From Camelus ferus (Eukaryota): 64,000 nt of DNA. A program made the translations under genes and the position numbers. This document shows, one piece after another, positions 56,395-64,000 of this stretch. Numbering within the stretch: the stretch's first letter is position 1; every line of letters begins with the position of its first letter. Location: the NCBI RefSeq assembly GCF_009834535.1, contig NC_045697.1, forward strand, positions 498,001 through 562,000, read 5' to 3'. Below the pieces are notes generated by a model. That model was not told the origin of the DNA and did not search any database. It saw nothing but the letters and a program-made list of their open reading frames with translations.

Positions 56395-57270
56395 AAAAAA
56401 TTTTTTTTATTGAAATATAGTTGGTTTATGATGTTGTGTTGGTTTCTAGTGTGCAGCAATGTGACTCAGTTATGCTGTATATATACTCTTTCTTTTCCAT
56501 TACAAGTTATTACAAGATATTGAATATAGTTCCCTGTGCTGTACAGTAGGGCCTTATTATTTATCTATTTTATATATATAGTTGTGTGTATCTGCTAATC
56601 CTAAACTCCTAATTTATTCCTCCCCCCCTTTCCCCTTTGGTGACCATAAGTTTGTTTTCTATGTCTGTAAGTCTGTCTCTGTTTTGTAAATGAGCTCATT
56701 TGTGTTACTTTTTCAGAGTCCACATGTAAGTGACATCATATGATATTTGTCCTCTGTTTGACTTACTTCACTTGGTACAATAATCTACAGGTCCATCCAT
56801 GTTGCTGCAAAAGGCATTATTTCATTCTTCTTTATGGCTGAGTAGTATTCCATTCTACAAATATACCACATCTTCCTTATCCAGTCATCTGTCAGTGGAC
56901 ATTGAGGTTGCTTCCATGTCTTGACTACTGTAAATAGTGCTTCTATGAACACTGGGGTGCATGTATCTTTTTGGCGTGTGTGGGGGCAGTAATTGGGTTT
57001 ATTTATTTATTTAGGTTTTTTTTTTTTTAACGCAGGTGCGGGGGATTGAACCCAGTGCCTCGCGCATGCTAAGCACACACTCCACCACTGAGCTATACCT
57101 TCCCCTCACACATGTATCTTTTTGAATTAGAGTTTCCTCCAGATATATACCCAGAAGTGGGATTGCTGGGTCATATGGTAAGTCTATTTTTAGTTTTTTA
57201 AGGAATCTCCATACTGTCCTCAATATACATTCCCACCACAGTGTAGGAGGGTTTCCTTTGCTCCACCACC
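56395..57270 (-). mobile_element. L1 3' end (artiodactyl-type 3' UTR) containing a SINE
   Basis: tttttattgaaatatagttgg...tattacaagatattgaatatagttccctgtgctgtacagtagg; ORF2 C-terminal peptide [24 protein letters not shown] in ORF 57011..57373. Confidence 0.92.
56974..57110 (-). mobile_element. tRNA-derived SINE (Vic-1-like) with a 14-bp TSD
   Basis: TSD catgtatctttttg at 56960-56973 and 57111-57124; ggggattgaaccc...catgctaagc...actgagctatacc. Confidence 0.92.
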
Positions 57271-57789
57271 TGCAAGGGGCTCTTTGAGTCTCCACCTGGG
57301 TGGGGTCAGTAAGGCCACCCTCCCACGGGAGGAGTGATCCCACAAGAAGGCCACATGAAGGAGGCTGGGGCAATGTTCCGTGGCCCTGACGTGGCTACTA
57401 CACGAGGCAGGAGTGCGAGTTAGGAGATTTTTGGAGACAGCCATGTTCAGCCGGCCTTGGGACTTGGCCTCCCTCCTGCCTGTGCATCTCCCCGCCCCCT
57501 CTGCCAGCCCACGATCCCAAGAGAGCCCGAGGCCCTGAGAAGTGGCCACCGGCAGCTCTGATGGCAGAGAACCGAGAGGAAACCAGGTTGGCAGTGACTG
57601 CTCTCCAGAGCTACTCAGGCTGAGGGCAGAGGACATGGGCCAGGCCTTGGTGGAGAGTGGACAGGGGCTGCTTTTAGGTCCTGTCCCAGGGGTCACCTGG
57701 AGAGTCAAGGGACCTTAGCGCCTGGGAGAAAGAAGCTTCTTTCAATCTATGAATCTGGTGGAGGACACAAACATTCAGCCTACAGCACC

Positions 57790-58740
57790 CACAAAACTTT
57801 TGAGAGAAATTAAAGAAGACCTGAATATTGGGAAAGTTATACCATATTCATGGATTAGAAGACTCAATATCATTAAGATGTCAATCACCCCCTAAACTGA
57901 TCTATAAATTCAGTGCAATCTAAGTCAGAACCCCAGCAGGACTTTTTTTTAGACACTGACAGACTGATTCTAAAATGGAGTTGGAAATGAAGGGAATCTA
58001 AAATAGTCAACACAATCTTAAAGGGAGAAGGAGGCAAGTCAGAAGGCCTACACTCTGTGATTTCAGGACTTTTTGTTATAAAGCTACAGAAATTTGGACA
58101 GCAGGGTTTGGTGCAGGGACAGAACAGATCAATGAAGCACAATAAAGAGTCCCAAACTGACCAACACAAAAGCCATCAATTGATTTTACACGAAGCTACC
58201 AACGCAATTCGATGGTGAAAGGAAAACGTTTTAAAACACAGTGTTGCAGCCACTGGGTATCTGGACAGAAGGGAGCCTTGGCTGCAGCGGCACACAATTT
58301 GCAAAATTAATTCAAGGTGGAACATAGGCCTTGATGTAAAAACTACAGTTATTGAACTTCAGGAGGGAGAGCATTTTCTCTCTCAAGTAGTCAACGATTT
58401 CTAGATAAGAAGCCAAAACCATGGTCCATGAAAGAAAAAATGGGTTAATAAGACTTCATTTAAATTAACATCATCTGCTCATTGAAAGGCAAATTCAGTA
58501 AATAAAATTCAAGCAGAGTAGGTGGAGAATATCACAAAACGTATCTGGCAAAACCCCAAAGAACTACAACTCAATGATAAAAAGACAAACAACACAATTT
58601 CAGCACAAGCAAATCCTTTTAACAGACAATTCACAGAAGTACGTCTGCGAATAACCAGTCAGCACATGGAAAGCTGCCCAACGTCACCAGTCAGGTAAAA
58701 CGTGGATTTAAACCAAGGGCACTAAACTGGCTGACGGGGA
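57790..58740 (+). mobile_element. L1M ORF2 fragment
   Basis: gagagaaattaaagaagacctg...ttcatggattagaagactcaatat...aactgatctataaattcagtgcaatc. Confidence 0.88.
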
Positions 58741-59345
58741 AAAGGCAGAATGCTGGGGCCGGGGCGGCCCTCCCTGTGGGGGGAGCGACAAGCGCGGAGG
58801 TAGACGGCGTGGCCGTTCCCAGCAAAGCTACACAAGGCCGCGCGCAGCTTCGGAGACTCTCCGCGGGCGTCCGGTTCAGCCGCGGGGCTCGCGCGTGCAG
58901 AGCCCGGGACGCGGCGGGCTCGCTCCGCTCCCGCGGCCCTAAGAGAAAGCTTCCCGCGGCGCCTGGCGGCGTCTCCGCCCTGATCTCCGCTTCTCCTTCC
59001 CAACAAACGTTCTCAGAGCAAAACCAGGGCGCGGCGGGTGTTTTCGGGCAAATCGCCCACGGCTCCAGCCGCGGCCCCGCGGGGGCCTCGGCCTGGGGAT
59101 GTGCGACACCGGCGCGCACGGTGCCCGGCGTCTCCCCGCAGCTCTCCGGGCTCGCGAGTCCCCGCGGGGCTGCCCCTCTGTCGCGACAGTGGCCTCAACT
59201 CTCTGCTGTGTCCCAGCCTTTTCATTGTCTGGCTCTTAGCCCCTTTGAGAAGGAACGTCCACACCCTCGGCCCGCCGGGAATTCCCTCGAACGCCCAGCA
59301 CAGGCCGCGCCCCCCGAGGCCCAGGCAGCACCTCCGGACTCCCAC
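58740..59345. promoter_or_regulatory. Orphan CpG island
   Basis: ~600-bp CpG-dense stretch between AT-rich L1 fragments; no recognisable coding exon. Confidence 0.6.
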
Positions 59346-59599
59346 CGCAGCAGCTTGGGAGGGTTTACAGGCAGATGCTGTGGAAATGACAATTATGTGG
59401 TTTGGGTGGGGCCGATCGCTACTGTTAACCTAGAAACGAATTCTAGGTTGTCCCACTGAATGATTTCAGGGGAAAATCAAACAGCATTCTTTTCTTACCA
59501 ATAAGCCAGCCAACTGTGTGTAAAATCTCACCCCTCTGGGTGAGGTGCATGCTTTATTCAAGAATCAATTTATTTTTTTAATTTTAAAATTTATTTTAT

Positions 59600-59842
59600 T
59601 ATTAGTATTTGGGTGGAAATCTTTTCTTTAAGTATAGTCAGTTACAATGTGTCAGTCTCTGATGTACATCATAATGTCCCAGTCATGCATGTATATACAC
59701 ATATATTCGTTTTCATATTCTTTTTCACTAAAGGTTATTACAAGATATTGAATCTAGTTCCCTGTGCTATACAGAAAAAAATTGTTTTTTAATCTGTTTT
59801 TATATATCATGGTCAACATTTGCGAATCTCAAAGTCCCAAGA
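59600..59842 (-). mobile_element. Young L1 3' UTR fragment
   Basis: aagtatagtcagttacaatgtgtc...ttattacaagatattgaatctagttccctgtgctatacag. Confidence 0.88.
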
Positions 59843-60296
59843 ATCAGTCTCTTAAGCAGGATTGGCAGGTGTTGGCCGCTTCCTGAGAGATCAAAATGCA
59901 GGTCAAAATAAGCATAGGCGGTTCCGGTTTGGGGCATGGAAGTGGGCACAGGCCCCCGAGCCCTGGTGGGGCAATGTGCTCCGCTGCTCTGCTGCGTGAT
60001 TGAGATGAAGGAAGGGCACCGGGTCCTGACAGGTCTTCCCAGTGGCAGCCCCCCACCCGGTGACAGTCCTCCACCCTCATCCGCAGAGCCAGGGCCAGGG
60101 GACATCCTCCCAGTGCTCTGTCAGGGGGCCTCCAGCCACTCCTCTCTGGGTCCTTCTGACCCACCCAGGAGGCGGGTCCCGGAACACACATGTGACCCTC
60201 AACCCGTCCCCTGGCATAGCTGATGAGTACAAACTTTAGAGCCTAAGATTCTGGAAGTTTGAATGGAGAGGACCTGGCCGCTGTTGGGTGCTGTGC

Positions 60297-60950
60297 TGTG
60301 ATGAAAACAGATCTGTCTTTGTTCCTAAAACCCTGGGATTTCTTGGATGATAGGCGTGCCTTTTATTCACCACCAGCCCCTCTGGAGCTCACCTGAGTTT
60401 ATGCCAGTGAGGTGATTTGCTGGGGCCCTGGATAGTGTCAGGTCTGGCCACCAGAAAGACTCAGTGGCCAGAGGGTGGGAGCCTCAGCCCCCCACCTCTG
60501 GGAAAAGGACAGGGGCTGGGGGGCGGTTTATAGGTCTTGAGTAATGAGATTTGTAGAGCACGGGGTGGGTGAACAGGAGTTGCTGGAGGTGATAGCCGAG
60601 AGTGGGGGGAAGGAAGCCCCCACCAACCCCCACCAGCCCTGTTCCTGAGTTGTGTCTTTTATCATAAACAGGTAAATGTATGTAAATTTCCCTGAGATCT
60701 GTGAATCATTCTAGAGAATTGTGGAACCAGAGGAAGGGCTCGTGGGAACCACTGGACTGTTGGTGGTTGGCTGGGAAGAAGTGCGGGTAGCTTGGGACTC
60801 CGTGCGCAGCTGGCAAGTGGAGTTGGGCAGCCTTGGGGGCCTCAGCCCTACTGGGGGTCAGCACAGCTCCCAGAGATAGTGGCAGAACTGAACTGTAGAC
60901 ACCCAGCCAGTGAGGGAGAACCGTCTGGGCTTGTTAGTGCTGGAGTCCTG
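60297..60950 (+). mobile_element. MER21-like ERV LTR
   Basis: cacctgagtttatgcc...tctgtgaatcattctag...gaggaagggctcgtgggaacc...cagaactgaactgtagacacccagc. Confidence 0.7.
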
Positions 60951-61934
60951 GGGGAGGTGCTTCCAGGAGCTCCCAGTCTCCTCCACGTGATGCCCACTCT
61001 CCCTGTCTCTCCCTGTTCTCCCCCGCCCCAGCGCCCCCTTTGCAGGTGGTGGGAATTAACCCCCACCCCTCACACCCAGGGTGCTCGTGAGCTCCTCTGC
61101 CCTGGAGCTCAGGTGTATCTTGCTCTGGGGCTTGGTCAGGCCCACCCCCATCCCCAGAGCTCTGGCCCTGCCACACACAGTGGTGCCGCCGGGAGCCACA
61201 GGGTGAGGGGACCAGCTGGCCCCTAGGTGTTTCCAGGATGCAAGGGTGTGAATGACCAAGGACAAGCTGACAGTAAGTGACCCCATCCCTGTCCTCCCAC
61301 AGAGGCACACTTCGCTGCAGACACCTAAGGTGCTGAGGGTGAGCCCCCACGATGGGACTCAGCTGGCAGAAGAGGGAGAGAGCCCGGGTGGAAGTCTGTC
61401 ACGACGTGGGGCAGACACGACCAATCAGGACGGTGCCTTCTTCTTCAGTGAAGCTTAAGGAAGCTGATGTATGGGGTAAAAGGTCAGGAGGAGGGCAGCC
61501 CCTGGGGGCACAGACTGGGCAGGGCAGGGAGCCCTCCAGGCTGCAGGCGTTGTCCTCGATCCTGCCCAGAGAGGTGGCTCCGTGAGTTCACACACGCGTG
61601 TGCACGGTTAGGGTGTGCACGCTTTACTGTAAGGTGAACTGGAAAGTGTCTGAAAGTGCCCCGGGTGATGGGAGTGCGCAGCCATAATGGGAAACGCGGT
61701 TCTCTGCAGCCCCACCGCCTGGTAAAACGGACCATTGTCTGAATGAGGGCGTGATCACTGGCATCCTGGCTCCACCACGGCTGCTTCTGGCTGATTCCAG
61801 GGCCAGCTGCGCTCATGCAGCCCCCAGGGCGAGGCTCCCGCCTTGAGACCACACATTCCCTTAGGTGGTGCTGTCGTGGAGTTGGGGGACAATTCTTAGC
61901 TGTGCCTTTATTTGCCTCAATTAGTTTAAAATGT

Positions 61935-62372
61935 GCTTTTTTACTGTGATAAAATATACATAAAATTTACCATTCTTAAAAAAATATCTTCTTAACCATT
62001 TCTTAAGTGCACAGCTCGGGAGATTAAATACATTCATAATGTGCACCCAAAACCACATCCATCCAGACTCTTTATCTTGTGAAACTGAAACTGTCCCCAT
62101 TAATCAGTAACTCCAATTCCTCACTCCCGGCCCCTGGTTCCCACCACTCTCCTTTCTGCCTATGAATTTGACTCATCTGGGGGCCTCACACAAGTGGAAT
62201 CAGACAGAATTTGTCCTTTGGTATCTGGCTTATTTCACTCAGCATATGTCCTCAAGGTTCATCTGCGTGGTAGCAGGTGTCAGAATTCCCTTCCTGTTCA
62301 AGGCGGAGTCATATTCCATTGTGTGGCTGCCCCATGTTTTGCTTATCCATCGTCCCCTGATGGACACTTGGG
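61935..62372 (-). mobile_element. L1MB-type 3' end fragment
   Basis: tgtgataaaatatacataaaatttaccatt...gtggaatcagacag...ggcttatttcactcagcat. Confidence 0.85.
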
Positions 62373-63092
62373 CTGCAATCCCACTCCTGGGCATACATCT
62401 GGAGGGAACTCTAATTCGAAAAGACACATGCATCCCAGTGTTCACAGCAGCACTATTTACAACAGCCAAGACATGGAAGCAGCCTAAATGCCCACTGACA
62501 GATGGCTAGATAAAGAAGCTGTGGTGTATTTATACAATGGAATACTACTCAGCCATAAAATGGATAAAATAATGCCACTTGCAGCAACATAGATGGACCT
62601 GGAGATCATCATTCTAAGTGAAATAAGTCAGAAAGAGAAAGAAAAATACCAAATGATATCACTTATATGTGGAATCAAAAAAAAAAAAAAAGAGAGAGAC
62701 ACAAATGAACTTACTTTGTACAAAACAGAAACACTCACAGACAGAGAAAACAAACTTATGGTTACCAGGGGGTAAAGGAGGTGCGAAGGGATAAACTGAG
62801 AGTTTGAGATTTGCAGACACTAACTACTATATATAAAATAGATAAAAAACAAGTTTCTTCTGTATAGCACAGAGAACTATAGTCAATATCTTTTCGTAAC
62901 CTATCATGAAAAAGAATATGAACAGGAATGTATGTATGTGTATGTATGACTGAAACATTATGATGTACACCAGAAATTGACACAACATTTTAAACTGACT
63001 ATACTTCAATTTAAAAAAATGATGACAGATAAAAAATTAAAATATGAATAAATAAAATGGATGTGATAATAAAAAAGGAAGAATAATAAAAA
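62373..63092 (+). mobile_element. Young L1 3' end (ORF2 C-terminus, 3' UTR and A-rich tail)
   Basis: AIPLLGIH...KDTCIPVFTAALFTTAKTWKQPKCP and MDLEIIILSEISQKEKEKY peptides; ends actgactatacttcaatttaaaaaaa. Confidence 0.93.
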
Positions 63093-64000
63093 GTAATTTT
63101 TAAAAGTATATTAAATTTTAGAATGATTGGAAGAACTGCATTTGCCTGAGCAAATAAGTTGCATGTGTTATGTAATATCTGTAAACACTTAAAAAGTAAA
63201 ACATGTTCTGTAAGTGCTGAAAAACAATCTCCATAGTGTAAACATATACACCTTGAAACTCAGCCATGTGGACAGATGCCCGCAGCAGCAGGAGAGGCGA
63301 TGGAAGGGCGGGAGCTGAGAGACCGTGTACAGGAAGGTTGCTTTTCCTGCCATTAAGGGTACGTCCCTTGTACTAACACATCGACACTCCACACACACCT
63401 AAATACGCAAGGCTGCATTGTGACCTGCTACATGTGTGAAGTGTCCTTACTATATCTTTCTGTGATACTCCCATAAAAATAGCAAAGCATGAACCCCATG
63501 CAGGTGGTAGGAAGCATCAATCATTTATCCCAGGTTGGACCTGGGAGATGTTTAAGTCGACATTGATGTTTGTAAATAGCCTATTTCTCCTTTTGCTCTT
63601 TTTCTTCACGATTGACATGCACTTAGAGTGGGCTGTGTTCATAGTTGTTTGACCTAAAAGTCGTAACTGAAATACTCTTAGAAACATAGGAACTTTAATA
63701 ACATATTTAAGTCACAGTTAATATAAAACGTGGGTCACCTATAGCTTTAAATCAGAAGGTAGAGGGAATTCGTTTGAATACCAACACTTTTAGTTTCAGT
63801 ATTCTGTAGCTCCTTCCACTGTTCTCAGGAACAAGACCAATAAAACTTTATAAGCAGGAACCAGTCTGAACTCATAGATCAGAAAAAATCCGAAACAACA
63901 GAAATGTCACTCAGTTTTTTTCCCCAGGCCCTTCAAGAAACTAGGCCAAATTTATAAATTATTCAATGTTCCTATTGAACAGTGATGTTTTTCTGTGTGT

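Noticed and set aside
58740..59460. MAEA first exon at the second CpG island
   Set aside because: No MAVQESAAQLS-like coding start seen; MAEA probably lies beyond the window

Overview
Mammalian genomic DNA, very GC-rich in the left ~39 kb and repeat-dense on the right. A tRNA-derived SINE and the L1 3' UTR style suggest a camelid (inference). The window holds the complete CTBP1 gene on the minus strand. Nine coding exons (33161 to 9944, all GT-AG introns) total 1323 nt and give a 440-aa CtBP1-L. There is also a cassette exon carrying the CtBP1-S/BARS start (25053-25245), a NAGNAG acceptor at the last exon, a ~0.7-kb 3' UTR with AATAAA, and a CpG-island promoter. Upstream of CTBP1 (34-64 kb, CTBP1-DT territory) no other protein-coding gene is recognisable. 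That part is mostly L1, L2, MaLR, ERV solo LTRs and SINEs, several nested with clean TSDs, plus a 13-copy minisatellite. I found no convincing new multi-gene system. The best leads are regulatory or evolutionary: uORF control of the CtBP1-S start, a 5x GCACCTGC E-box cluster in the promoter, an intronic NRF1/GC-box element, an orphan CpG island apparently built on L1 sequence, a CCAAT/octamer-rich nested LTR, and a frameshifted counterpart of the human DDUP microprotein ORF. Repeat family names and human comparisons come from recalled consensus sequences, not from searches.
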